Virus record (IMG/VR): IMGVR_UViG_3300031418_000001
DNA: 64,000 nucleotides
Strand: one strand, 5' to 3'
From: a virus
Taxonomy: Duplodnaviria; Heunggongvirae; Uroviricota; Caudoviricetes
Position numbers and translations under genes: made by a program. The stretch's first letter is position 1, and every line of letters begins with the position of its first letter. Below are positions 1-12,605 of this stretch, piece by piece. Under the pieces are notes generated by a model. It saw only the letters and a program-made list of their open reading frames with translations. It had not been told where the DNA came from and searched no databases.

Positions 1-1
1 T

Positions 2-639
<638 letters not shown>

Positions 640-640
<1 letters not shown>

Positions 641-1140
641 TGGCAATCTTACGAAAATTAACTGAGTTTTCTTATATTTTAGAAACCGACACTAAAGAAA
701 AAATTGGAATTGTTGTAGATTACAGTAGCTCCAGTTCAGATAAAACTGGAATTGAATTTTTCAGTACTCGTGGAAGAATTGCCTTTGAATCTATGGATTC
801 ATTGGCTTCTTTAATCGGGGATAAAATTCAAATGGAAGAAGTAAAAGTACAGGACTCTGAAAGCAAGAAGTTCATTGATGATTATCCTATCAATGAAACT
901 GATTCAGTACATGATGTGAAAGATGATGAAGAATTGAATATGAAAACATTCTCCAAGAGTAAGCGTTCCAAAAAACGTTTCCTACCTGGATGGTGGATTG
1001 TATACAACACAGAAACGTCTACAGCAACGCCACGTCTTACTATAAGCGTTGACACGCACAATGAGAAAGAACTTGATAAAACGCTGTATGGGCCGTTTAA
1101 GACCTATATGGAAGTTACGTTTCAGATGAAAAAGCTCTAA
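640..1140 (+). CDS. hypothetical protein
   Basis: 166 aa ORF coupled to the upstream stop (TAATG). Confidence 0.75.
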
Positions 1141-1219
1141 ATTCGTATATAAAAATTTTTGAGTACTAAATATCGGTGAAGGGGAGAGAAAATCCCCTCG
1201 ATATTTAGGAGAATTATAT

Positions 1220-3557
<2,338 letters not shown>

Positions 3558-3582
3558 CTGTAAAGAATCGAAGGAGAACTTT

Positions 3583-4881
3583 ATGAAACAAGGTGTTCTT
3601 TGTTCTGACATTTATAAAGTACTTGCCGCACCATCATACAAATATAGTATTACTATGTTTGACCAAGATGGTGCTGGTACAATCAACCCCGCTGAAGCTA
3701 AATGGTTTTACGTCAAACCAGTTAACTTTATGATTCAAGTACCGGAAGGTTCAGAAATAACAATTAGACCAGAAGTATATCTATGGAAAGGTGTAGATAT
3801 AAAAGATGAACAGACACGAGAAGTACTTAATCGTTTAAAAAGTACTGCTAACCAATATGGTTACGGTTTTACGATTTATGATTTCGGATCTGGAAATCTA
3901 CCAAAAAAATTCTCACATATTGCCATGCGTAATATGGAAGAAACTAAGATACAAGAATCTTTATGTGAAGGGTTATCAGGTTCAGGAATGCGTTCATATT
4001 ACTCATTACCTAAAGCCAGAATGATAATTGTTCACTCAGAGAGAATACAGGAAGAAGTTCACGGTTCTCGCTCCAGAAACATCAAGGAAATTTTCATTGA
4101 ATGTAATGGTGAACGCAGACGTTTTAAATTTAATAATCTTAATTCCGCTAAGGCTATGACACGTCATTTAAATGAAGGTGGTACTTGGTCTGACAGAATG
4201 GGTAATACCATTATGGAATATGGTGGTGATTTAAATTTACTAAAAGAACTACTTTCTGAACTAAATATTAATGGAAAGGCTTTACAATCGAACAAAGTTC
4301 TGCAATTTATACATGACATAAAAAATTATCTAAAACGTTCAAGTACACCACGAGGATATGCACAGGCATTCGAAGAGATTGGTAGTACTCCACGTGTAGG
4401 AAATAAATATATTGAAGAATTTGCTAAACGTCTATGTTCGTCGTTAGGCTCATCTGCTAATACTGATGCTTACAGAAGTTATGCACGTCATCATCTGATG
4501 CGAGAATGTAAAAACTTAGGTATGTATTCTGAAGTACTACAAAATAACTGCACTCTTGAAATTGATCCTATAGAACTAAAAAGGGTAGCCAAGCGAATTT
4601 GTCTCGGTTGTGTACCAACAACAGGTGATTTTGAATTTGAGCCAAATGAAGGTAAGGAAAAAGTACTTTTATTTGGGAACCAAATAGCAGGGGTAATACA
4701 GGATGATGTTATTAAAGATGCTTTAGAACATATTCTATCAAAACCACAAATGCTACCAGAAGATGTTAGATTTATTTGTGCATTGGGTAATTCTGTAATC
4801 GGAAGAAACAAGCCTAAACAAGAAGTTCAGCCACAGGAATTAACTACTTTGACTGAATGGATTTCTAAAGGTGGTGAGTAA
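3583..4881 (+). CDS. hypothetical protein, probably late/virion-associated
   Basis: 432 aa ORF, AAGGAG RBS, late motif upstream. Confidence 0.7.
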   Translation: MKQGVLCSDIYKVLAAPSYKYSITMFDQDGAGTINPAEAKWFYVKPVNFMIQVPEGSEITIRPEVYLWKGVDIKDEQTREVLNRLKSTANQYGYGFTIYDFGSGNLPKKFSHIAMRNMEETKIQESLCEGLSGSGMRSYYSLPKARMIIVHSERIQEEVHGSRSRNIKEIFIECNGERRRFKFNNLNSAKAMTRHLNEGGTWSDRMGNTIMEYGGDLNLLKELLSELNINGKALQSNKVLQFIHDIKNYLKRSSTPRGYAQAFEEIGSTPRVGNKYIEEFAKRLCSSLGSSANTDAYRSYARHHLMRECKNLGMYSEVLQNNCTLEIDPIELKRVAKRICLGCVPTTGDFEFEPNEGKEKVLLFGNQIAGVIQDDVIKDALEHILSKPQMLPEDVRFICALGNSVIGRNKPKQEVQPQELTTLTEWISKGGE

Positions 4882-4900
4882 TCACCACCTTTATTTTTTG

Positions 4901-4929
4901 TGAAACAGATACTGATTATGTGCTATACT
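4901..4929 (+). promoter_or_regulatory. phage promoter TGAAAC-N17-TATACT
   Basis: Recurrent motif with extended -10 TGTGCTATACT. Confidence 0.75.
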
Positions 4930-4934
4930 AATGG

Positions 4935-5042
4935 TATCCGAATAGCAGCAACGCTCTTAGGAAAGTATATTACCAAGGAACAAGGGTTAATAGTACTTAC
5001 TTTCAAACGAGTAACCCCGAAAGACCCGAAGCTATTCGGATA
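4935..5042 (+). ncRNA. candidate structured RNA or leader
   Basis: Perfect 12-bp closing stem TATCCGAATAGC/GCTATTCGGATA starting just after the promoter; crossing internal helices; no long ORF. Confidence 0.45.
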
Positions 5043-5202
5043 TTTTTAGAAGCCTGTACATGTTTACTTCCCTCTTAATGAGTTCTGGTTACTGTACATC
5101 CAGTACATGATATATGTACATACGGTAGGCAAAGCGTTTGGTCATTTACGCCCATTGGTATCATGACGGCTGCGTAGGACAGCATAAAATCCTACAAAAA
5201 CC

Positions 5203-5231
5203 TGAAACAAAAGCATGTTATGTGCTATACT
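5203..5231 (+). promoter_or_regulatory. phage promoter TGAAAC-N17-TATACT upstream of ssb
   Basis: Same motif, 17-nt spacer. Confidence 0.75.
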
Positions 5232-5319
5232 TATAGTATCCGATGAGCAGGACGTTCAAAGGATAAAACAAAGAAACTCGTAATTAATACAAAGAAACTA
5301 TTGATAAGGAAATCAAAAT

Positions 5320-6342
5320 ATGGCAACTTTAGCTGAAATTCGTGCTCGTCTACTCGCTGATCAACAACGTCAAGATGATGCAAAAAATGGTGTGTTCAAT
5401 TCACAACCTGATGCATTCCTTCCGTTCTGGAACATTCCAGATGGTAAACCACTAAACCTGCGTTTACTAAACGATGCTGATACTTCAAATGAGTTTTTCT
5501 GGCGTGAACGTGAAATGATTAATTTAACGTTCCGTGGTATCAAAGGTCAGAATACTGATTTTATCAAGCTGGTAGTACCATGCAACGAAATGTTTACTAA
5601 GCAGAAAGATTCTTGTCCGGTACTTCGTGAAGTCCGTACATGGTATGCTGCTAACGACGATGAGCTAACTAAGAAAGCGAATCAGTACTGGAAGAAAAAA
5701 TCATATCTTTTCCAATGTTTTGTTGCTCCAGGTTCTGTAGCAGTGGAAAATGATAATGCTCCAGAAAATCCAATTCGCCGTATTTTAGTAAACAAACAAA
5801 TCTTTACCCGCATCAAATCAATCCTACTGAATCCTTCTATCCAGTACCTACCTACTGATGAAGAACACGGTCGTGAACTGATGATTGTGAAAAGTAAAAA
5901 TAGTGGTGGCTTTGCTTCCTATGATGAAACTCAATGGAGCATGGCAGAACGTCCACTAAGCGATGTTGAACGTGCAGCAATCGCACAGTACGGTTTATTC
6001 AACCTTGGCGAATTTATGCCTAAACAACCTAACGATGAAGAACTGAATGCAATCGCAGAAATGTTCACTGCATCTGTTAATGGTGAAGCATATGATCCGC
6101 AACGTTGGGCGAAATACTACCGTCCTGCTGGCGTTCAAAAACCAGTAGAAACTAACACTGTTGATACTGCAACCATCGTACCAGTACAGAATGTTGCACC
6201 TAAAGTAGAAACCCCTGTAACTCCTGCCGCAGTTGTTACACCTGCACAAACTGAAGCAGTTGCTGAAGCTCCAAAAGCTGCAACAACTGGTATGTCTGCA
6301 ATGGATCTACTTGCTAAGCTAAACGCTAACAAAGGTCAATAA
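5320..6342 (+). CDS. single-stranded DNA-binding protein (T4 gp32-like)
   Basis: C..CPV, YWKKKSY and GGFASYDETQW patterns of gp32-family SSBs; precedes uvsX. Confidence 0.8.
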   Translation: MATLAEIRARLLADQQRQDDAKNGVFNSQPDAFLPFWNIPDGKPLNLRLLNDADTSNEFFWREREMINLTFRGIKGQNTDFIKLVVPCNEMFTKQKDSCPVLREVRTWYAANDDELTKKANQYWKKKSYLFQCFVAPGSVAVENDNAPENPIRRILVNKQIFTRIKSILLNPSIQYLPTDEEHGRELMIVKSKNSGGFASYDETQWSMAERPLSDVERAAIAQYGLFNLGEFMPKQPNDEELNAIAEMFTASVNGEAYDPQRWAKYYRPAGVQKPVETNTVDTATIVPVQNVAPKVETPVTPAAVVTPAQTEAVAEAPKAATTGMSAMDLLAKLNANKGQ

Positions 6343-6349
6343 TATATTC

Positions 6350-6382
6350 ATGGGGCAACGGATTTTGCCCCATTTCTTTCAT
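6350..6382 (+). terminator. intrinsic terminator-like hairpin
   Basis: ATGGGGCAA...TTGCCCCAT with a T-rich tail. Confidence 0.55.
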
Positions 6383-6398
6383 TTCATGGAGCGATATA

Positions 6399-7541
6399 AT
6401 GAAGAATATTTCTGCACTAAGTAACATCATCAAAAGTAGTACTAAAAGTATCAAAAGTTTAACTGGTGTAAGTATTGGGTTTCATGACCCTGATACTTGG
6501 ATAAGTACTGGTAACTTTGCACTAAATTATCGTATCAGTGGAGACTTTAATAAAGGTATTCCATTGGGTAAAGTAACTGTATTCGCTGGTGAATCCGGTT
6601 CAGGTAAATCATTCATTGTATCAGGTAACATTGCACGTGAAGCTCAAAAACAGGGCATCTTCGTTGTAATGCTGGATTCTGAAAACGCATTGGATGATAA
6701 ATGGTTATCTGATTTGGGTGTTGATACATCACCAGACAAATTACTTAAAATTAACGTATCTATGATTGACCACGTTGGTAAGTTCACTTCTGACTTTATC
6801 AAAGGTTATCGTAATGACTTTGAAGATACAGCACGTGAAGAACGTCCTAAAGTACTTTTCATTGTTGACTCATTAGGTATGTTACTAACACCTACTGAAA
6901 TTGATCAGTTCGAAAAAGGTGATATGAAAGGTGACATGGGCCGTAAAGCTAAACAGCTTAAAGCACTTGTTACGAACTGTGTAAACAGCTTTGGTGATCT
7001 TAATATCGGTATGGTATGTACTAACCACACATACGCATCACAAGATATGTTTGATCCAGATCCAAAGGTTTCCGGTGGTTCTGGTTTCGTATATGCTTCT
7101 TCAATTCTTGTAGCAATGGGTAAACTAAAACTTAAAGAAGATGAAGATGGTAACAAAACCTCAGATGTAGCTGGTATTCGTGCTAAATGTAAAGTCATGA
7201 AGACCCGTTATAATAAACCATTCGAAGATGTTGAAATTAAGATTCCATATAGTACAGGTATGAATCCACGTAGTGGCTTACTTGATATGTTTGAGAAGTA
7301 CAAACTAATCACACAGTCAGGAAACAGTTTAGTCTATGTTGATATTGATACCGGTGAACAAATTAAGAAATTCCGTAAGGCATGGATTCGTAATGATGAA
7401 AATTGCCTTGATTTAGTAATGGCACAATTTGAACGTCATCCTCTAATTCTACCTGTAGCTGAAGAAGAAAAAGGTACTGAAGATTACGATTCTTCAATTG
7501 ATACCGTACTTGAAGATGTTCCAGACGAATTAAATGATTAA
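6399..7541 (+). CDS. uvsX: RecA-like recombinase UvsX
   Basis: GESGSGKS Walker A, LDSENA, IVDSLGML, NHTY, SGGSG. Confidence 0.93.
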   Translation: MKNISALSNIIKSSTKSIKSLTGVSIGFHDPDTWISTGNFALNYRISGDFNKGIPLGKVTVFAGESGSGKSFIVSGNIAREAQKQGIFVVMLDSENALDDKWLSDLGVDTSPDKLLKINVSMIDHVGKFTSDFIKGYRNDFEDTAREERPKVLFIVDSLGMLLTPTEIDQFEKGDMKGDMGRKAKQLKALVTNCVNSFGDLNIGMVCTNHTYASQDMFDPDPKVSGGSGFVYASSILVAMGKLKLKEDEDGNKTSDVAGIRAKCKVMKTRYNKPFEDVEIKIPYSTGMNPRSGLLDMFEKYKLITQSGNSLVYVDIDTGEQIKKFRKAWIRNDENCLDLVMAQFERHPLILPVAEEEKGTEDYDSSIDTVLEDVPDELND

Positions 7542-7544
7542 TAC

Positions 7545-7574
7545 TGAAATAGCACTCTATATGAGTGCTATAAT
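7545..7574 (+). promoter_or_regulatory. promoter TGAAAT-N18-TATAAT with palindromic spacer
   Basis: ATAGCACTC-N5-GAGTGCTAT inverted repeat spans the spacer. Confidence 0.55.
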
Positions 7575-7594
7575 TATTATGCAGAGGTGAAAAT

Positions 7595-8071
7595 ATGTCA
7601 AATTCAGGAGCCTATATTAAATGGCACCGTGTCATTAAGAATGATAAATCTAAATTATTTGATTTTCTCCAGTACTTTGAAGATGAACTTGAAGTTGCGA
7701 AAACTGAAGTTAAAGCACAAGGTGTTATTGAAACTGTAGCCAAAAATATTCCATATTATCATGATATGAGATTTGGTCAGTTACAGCAAATTGAAACTGT
7801 TCTTGAAACATTAGAAATTGAACTGAAACAAATTCATTCAGAAAAATTTAAAATGTACCTTGAAGGTTACAAAAGAACCTTGAGCAGTTCTGATTGTATG
7901 AAGTACGTACAAGGTGATGCAGATGTTGTTGCACAATGTGAACTAATTAATGAAGTTAAACATATTCGTAATATGTTTTTAGGTGTAGTTAGTTCATTAG
8001 AGAAATTAGGATTTGCTATAGGTCATATTGTCAAACTCCGTACTGCCGGAATTGAAGACGCTAAGTTTTAA
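7595..8071 (+). CDS. uvsY: recombination mediator UvsY-like
   Basis: Helical 158 aa protein after uvsX; KYVQGDAD and GFAIGHIVKLR-AG tail. Confidence 0.7.
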   Translation: MSNSGAYIKWHRVIKNDKSKLFDFLQYFEDELEVAKTEVKAQGVIETVAKNIPYYHDMRFGQLQQIETVLETLEIELKQIHSEKFKMYLEGYKRTLSSSDCMKYVQGDADVVAQCELINEVKHIRNMFLGVVSSLEKLGFAIGHIVKLRTAGIEDAKF

Positions 8072-8072
8072 T

Positions 8073-8100
8073 AAAAGGACGCATATTGCGTCCTTTTTTT
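8073..8100 (+). terminator. intrinsic terminator
   Basis: AAAAGGACGCA-TAT-TGCGTCCTTTTTTT. Confidence 0.8.
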
Positions 8101-8113
8101 GTGGAATCAACAT

Positions 8114-8425
8114 ATGAGTACTTACATTAAGTTAATACAGGAAGCACTAACTGATTTGGAAATTGATTTCAAAATAGTTAATGATGAGGTAATCAATATA
8201 CAAGAAAAGAAATTTTATATTAGCATAAATGAATTTCAGTACAATAAGTTTGTTATGACTTCAGGAACATATCATGAATATGATAGTGAAGAACTTACTT
8301 TTTCAATGAATGTCTATCCTATGCAATATTATAATTTCAAGGAATTATTTAAGATGTGGTTCACGGGAAATAGCAATGTGATTAACGCATACTTTACATA
8401 CAGAGATAAAACGGATTATGAATAA
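8114..8425 (+). CDS. hypothetical protein
   Basis: ORF overlapping the next start; ATG 8114 preferred. Confidence 0.65.
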   Translation: MSTYIKLIQEALTDLEIDFKIVNDEVINIQEKKFYISINEFQYNKFVMTSGTYHEYDSEELTFSMNVYPMQYYNFKELFKMWFTGNSNVINAYFTYRDKTDYE

Positions 8426-9224
8426 TGTTGAAAAGTTTTTAACTACTCTTGGTACATTGGATACGGAAACCACTGGCACCGAAAGTATTGATGATATTAT
8501 CCAATTAAGTATCATGATGAACTTTCAAGGTTCACACACATATTATACAGCAATGTATAAACCAACTATGCCAATCCCTGCTGAAAGTTCTGCTGTCCAT
8601 TTCATCAGTGATGAAGATGTACAAAATGAAAGTGCATTTAAAGATGATGCCCGAGCCGTGGGTACATTGCTTGATAATTTTGAATACATCATTGCACATA
8701 ATGCAGAATTTGACCGTCAGATGTTAGTAAATAACTTCAGCCGTCATCATGGTACTATTCCAGCTAATGTACTAAACGTTACTAAATGGATTTGTACACT
8801 TAAACTTGCCAAGAAATTGTATGGTCAGGATCTGGCGAATTTCAGTAACATGAAGCTGGGTTATTTGTGGTTTAAATTAGGTCTGAATAAGCTGTCTGAC
8901 CATAAGGTACAACCACACGATGCACAAGATGATGTTTATATGTGTTATAAACTTCTCGATTTTCTTGTGCATGAATGTATTAATCGTGGAATTGTTGACC
9001 CTAATGGTGATGTTGGACAACAGCTATATAAATTCAGTAATACTCCAAATATTCTTGAGTACTATCCGTATGGTAAGTACAAGGGTGAGAAGTTTGAAGT
9101 AGTAGCAACTAAAGATCGTCGGTACTTAGAATGGATGGTAACTACCAGCGATTTATTAAATGATCAACTACCAAGTTTTGATGCGGATTTTGCTGAAACT
9201 GTAGCGTATTATCTGAGCAAATAA
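8418..9224 (+). CDS. DEDDh 3'-5' exonuclease (DnaQ/ExoX-like)
   Basis: LDTETTG, AHNAEFD, HDAQDD; C-terminal PYGKYKG domain. Confidence 0.9.
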   Translation: MNNVEKFLTTLGTLDTETTGTESIDDIIQLSIMMNFQGSHTYYTAMYKPTMPIPAESSAVHFISDEDVQNESAFKDDARAVGTLLDNFEYIIAHNAEFDRQMLVNNFSRHHGTIPANVLNVTKWICTLKLAKKLYGQDLANFSNMKLGYLWFKLGLNKLSDHKVQPHDAQDDVYMCYKLLDFLVHECINRGIVDPNGDVGQQLYKFSNTPNILEYYPYGKYKGEKFEVVATKDRRYLEWMVTTSDLLNDQLPSFDADFAETVAYYLSK

Positions 9225-9241
9225 AATTAAGGAGCCAAGGA

Positions 9242-10714
9242 ATGGCGAAACTTATACTTCAGGATGAAGTAAATTGTAAATTTGAAGATCTTGAACCAGC
9301 GGTTCGCCAGAAAATGGTTAAAGCAGTATCATATGTTTTACCACATGCGAAATATACCCCAATGGGACGTTTGGGACGTTGGGATGGTAAAGTTAACTTT
9401 ATGTCAGTAGGTGGGAAGACATATTTCCACATGCTTGAAAATCTTCTTCCTATTATCGAAGACTGTAATATAGAACTTGAGATTATTGATGAACGTTATC
9501 CACATAATTTTGAATTCGAAAAAGTAGATAAAGATTTTTTCAGTGATGTTCAGTTCAAAGCTGGCCATCATATGGAAGGAAAAAGTATAGTACTACATGA
9601 TCACCAGGTAGAAGCAGTAAACGCTTGTCTTGATAATCGTCATGGGCTATTACTTGCAAGTACAAGTTCAGGTAAAACGATTATTACTGCTGCACTTTCT
9701 AAGAAAGTAGAAAAGTACGGAAGAAGTATTGTAATTGTACCTAATACTGACCTTGTGCAGCAAACCTATAATGATTATGAAATGTTAGGTTTAGATGCTG
9801 GTGTATTCTATGGTGGTAAAAAAGAATTTAACCATCAACATACAATTACTACTTGGCAGTCACTGAACTCTCTGTGGAAGAAAACAAAGAAAGATGAAAT
9901 CGTATTAGGTCAGCAGGACGTACACGATTTCATTGAAGGTGTGGTGTGTGTTATCGTGGATGAGTGTCATACATCAAGTGCTGATGCACTACAGGCTGTG
10001 CTGGGTGATGTGATGCGTAATATCCCTATCCGTTGGGGTCTTACTGGTACTATTCCAAAAGATGAAGTACTTGCAAATAAAATCAAGTGTAACGTTGGTA
10101 ATGTAATCTATACCATTTCCGCAAAAGATTTACAGGACAAGAAAATACTTAGTACCTGTAATATCAATACTATCCGTTTGAAATCGTCACTGAAGTTCGG
10201 TACGTATCATGAAGAATTGAAATATCTTGTTACTGACCGTGCAAGATTGAAATATATCGCTTCGCTTGTTGAGGCTATTAGTAGCACCGGAAATACTTTA
10301 GTACTGGTTGACAGACTTGAAGCAGGTGAGTTACTTTGTGAATTCCTTAATATACCAAAATCTGAATTTGTCCGTGGCGAAACCAATAAGAAAGAACGTG
10401 AAGCACAGTACGGTGAAATCCGATGGGCTGATAACAAGATCCTTGTGGCTACCTTTGGTGTTGCAAGTACTGGTATCAGCATTAGTCGATTATATAATGT
10501 TGTTCTTATTGAGCCAGGAAAAAGTTTCGTGCGTACAATACAGAGTATCGGTCGTGGTTTGCGTAAAGCACAAGATAAAGACCACGTAGAAATTTATGAT
10601 ATTTGTGGTTCTAATAAATATTCCGCTCGACATTCCAATGAGCGAATAAAGTACTACAAAGAAGTCCAGTATCCATATAACATTATTAAAGTGGATGATT
10701 GGGAAAATATCTAA
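9242..10714 (+). CDS. uvsW: SF2 helicase UvsW
   Basis: TSSGKT, DECH, GLTGT, QSIGRGLRK. Confidence 0.9.
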   Translation: MAKLILQDEVNCKFEDLEPAVRQKMVKAVSYVLPHAKYTPMGRLGRWDGKVNFMSVGGKTYFHMLENLLPIIEDCNIELEIIDERYPHNFEFEKVDKDFFSDVQFKAGHHMEGKSIVLHDHQVEAVNACLDNRHGLLLASTSSGKTIITAALSKKVEKYGRSIVIVPNTDLVQQTYNDYEMLGLDAGVFYGGKKEFNHQHTITTWQSLNSLWKKTKKDEIVLGQQDVHDFIEGVVCVIVDECHTSSADALQAVLGDVMRNIPIRWGLTGTIPKDEVLANKIKCNVGNVIYTISAKDLQDKKILSTCNINTIRLKSSLKFGTYHEELKYLVTDRARLKYIASLVEAISSTGNTLVLVDRLEAGELLCEFLNIPKSEFVRGETNKKEREAQYGEIRWADNKILVATFGVASTGISISRLYNVVLIEPGKSFVRTIQSIGRGLRKAQDKDHVEIYDICGSNKYSARHSNERIKYYKEVQYPYNIIKVDDWENI

Positions 10715-10740
10715 TCTATAAAGCACATCTTAAATATTTC

Positions 10741-10769
10741 TGAAAACAAAAGAAAAGATGTGCTATACT
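10741..10769 (+). promoter_or_regulatory. phage promoter TGAAAA-N17-TATACT
   Basis: Recurrent motif. Confidence 0.7.
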
Positions 10770-10790
10770 ATAATAGGGATCACAATTAAA

Positions 10791-11207
10791 ATGATTTTGC
10801 GTTCAAGTTTAGCAATTATCTCTGATGAGTTTGAGAATTTAGAAACTATTGATTCTATGTTAATGGATGATAGTATCCTCGATGATATGGTAGAATCACT
10901 GGACTCAATCAACGAATTAGAAAAAGATGATACCCGTGTTTATCGTTGTGAAACCAACGAAGACATGTGGATCAACATTTATGAAGTACTACAGCGTTTC
11001 GATGGTAAAGCACAAGATGTTATACTTGCCAGTACAGATGGCAAAACGTTTGTTGAAGTACTTAGCACTTCAGGTCTGTTCGATGTATACGTTGATTCTT
11101 CTCTTGATAAGATTGAAGAACTATGTGAAACATACGGGCTGGAGTTCTTTGGGTCATCAGATGAAGATGATTATGAAGAACAAGATGAAGAAGACGAATG
11201 GAATTAA
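10791..11207 (+). CDS. acidic hypothetical protein
   Basis: ATG 10791 lies downstream of the promoter; D/E-rich. Confidence 0.65.
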   Translation: MILRSSLAIISDEFENLETIDSMLMDDSILDDMVESLDSINELEKDDTRVYRCETNEDMWINIYEVLQRFDGKAQDVILASTDGKTFVEVLSTSGLFDVYVDSSLDKIEELCETYGLEFFGSSDEDDYEEQDEEDEWN

Positions 11208-11210
11208 TTG

Positions 11211-11243
11211 AATCCCCGCACATGTTGTGGGGATTTTTATTTT
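11211..11243 (+). terminator. intrinsic terminator
   Basis: AATCCCCGCA...TGTGGGGATT followed by a T tract. Confidence 0.7.
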
Positions 11244-11256
11244 ACATGGAGAAGTA

Positions 11257-11757
11257 ATGAATATTTTAACACCTGAAAATTATGCTTATGAAATGGATCA
11301 AGTAACTGATACTGAGCCAGATGCATTGTTTTGCGTTCTGGATTTATCAGATTTAGAAAATACTGATTTTTATTTCAAACATATCTGGAATACTGTTTCT
11401 TTTAATAGTATGAGTGCTGAATTACAAATTGGCGATAACAAAATTCAAGTACCTTTAAACTGGCAAATTCTGTTAGGTGATGAAGATACTGGTATGGTGG
11501 AAATGTGTACCATTGAAAATCTTTTAAACATGAAAGAACCATGTGCATACATTTATAATCCAGTACGTTCACTGTACGCTAAATTTGAGCCAGTAAAAGT
11601 ACTGCATGTATTCACCGTTGCTATTAAGTATCAGATTCCATATCTTAATAAAAAGAACTTACTTGCAGTACCTATGAAAACTGGTTTCAATCCTCCATGT
11701 GCATTCTTTGCAGATGAGAATGAAAAAATTCAGGATCTATATTTAGGAATTGATTAA
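11257..11757 (+). CDS. hypothetical protein
   Basis: GGAG RBS before ATG 11257. Confidence 0.7.
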   Translation: MNILTPENYAYEMDQVTDTEPDALFCVLDLSDLENTDFYFKHIWNTVSFNSMSAELQIGDNKIQVPLNWQILLGDEDTGMVEMCTIENLLNMKEPCAYIYNPVRSLYAKFEPVKVLHVFTVAIKYQIPYLNKKNLLAVPMKTGFNPPCAFFADENEKIQDLYLGID

Positions 11758-12605
11758 TGTTTGATTTCGATGGCGTAAAGAGTTATGATGAAGATGATGA
11801 AATTGTAACTGGTTCTTCTGGTAAACCTTCACTTAACATACAAGATGTACTACAAAATATTGATTTGGCTAATTTCGATTATCTAAGTACTTTACCCGAT
11901 GATGTTAAAAAGACATTCACACCGTATACAGTTCAACGCTGGATGGGTAGTCTTGACGATTCAGTACAGGTAACATTTAATGCCAAAACTCTTGAAGCAG
12001 TATTCGGATCATGGAAAACTACCGGAAAGACTGCTTTAAATGAATTAGTAAATGAGTTTAATTCATCTGAACAGAAATGTACTTCAGTATCTAAGTATGC
12101 TCATACACAATATGACTGGCGTATTAAATTCGCAGTTACTTCAAAATCAGCCGGATTAGAACTTGTTGAACTTATTAAAGAGTTCGTTCCTAATTCGAAG
12201 CCTGAGTTTATCACACTGGTAAGTACTGAAGTTGCACAAGATAACATTCAGATGTTAAATGAACTTGTTAATGTTAACTTTTGGGAACTTAACAAACATC
12301 CAGAATTAGTTTATAAACTTCTCTGTCTTGTATCGGTTGTAACTGATACCGCAGTAAAACAGCGTACATGGATTCCATTCAGCAAGAATAACAAAAGTTC
12401 TGATTCTGAGATTTATAAAATCTTCAAGAAAACTATTTCTGATATTGGAAGTACGCAGTTTAACATTCAAGAATATAAAATTCTTCTCAAGAGTACATCA
12501 AAGACTGAATTTGAGAAGATACTAATGGATATGGGTTATCAGGATAATGATCGTAAATCATTACTGAAGAAATATAAAACGGAACAAGAGAAATATGTCA
12601 AGTGA
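11757..12605 (+). CDS. possible clamp-loader small subunit (gp62-like)
   Basis: FTPYTVQRWM...LNELVN...WIP pattern weakly recalls gp62; replication context. Confidence 0.35.
   Translation: MFDFDGVKSYDEDDEIVTGSSGKPSLNIQDVLQNIDLANFDYLSTLPDDVKKTFTPYTVQRWMGSLDDSVQVTFNAKTLEAVFGSWKTTGKTALNELVNEFNSSEQKCTSVSKYAHTQYDWRIKFAVTSKSAGLELVELIKEFVPNSKPEFITLVSTEVAQDNIQMLNELVNVNFWELNKHPELVYKLLCLVSVVTDTAVKQRTWIPFSKNNKSSDSEIYKIFKKTISDIGSTQFNIQEYKILLKSTSKTEFEKILMDMGYQDNDRKSLLKKYKTEQEKYVK

Noticed and set aside
4882-5319. tRNA or tmRNA in the large intergenic gap
   Set aside because: No cloverleaf with a T-arm and acceptor end could be built.
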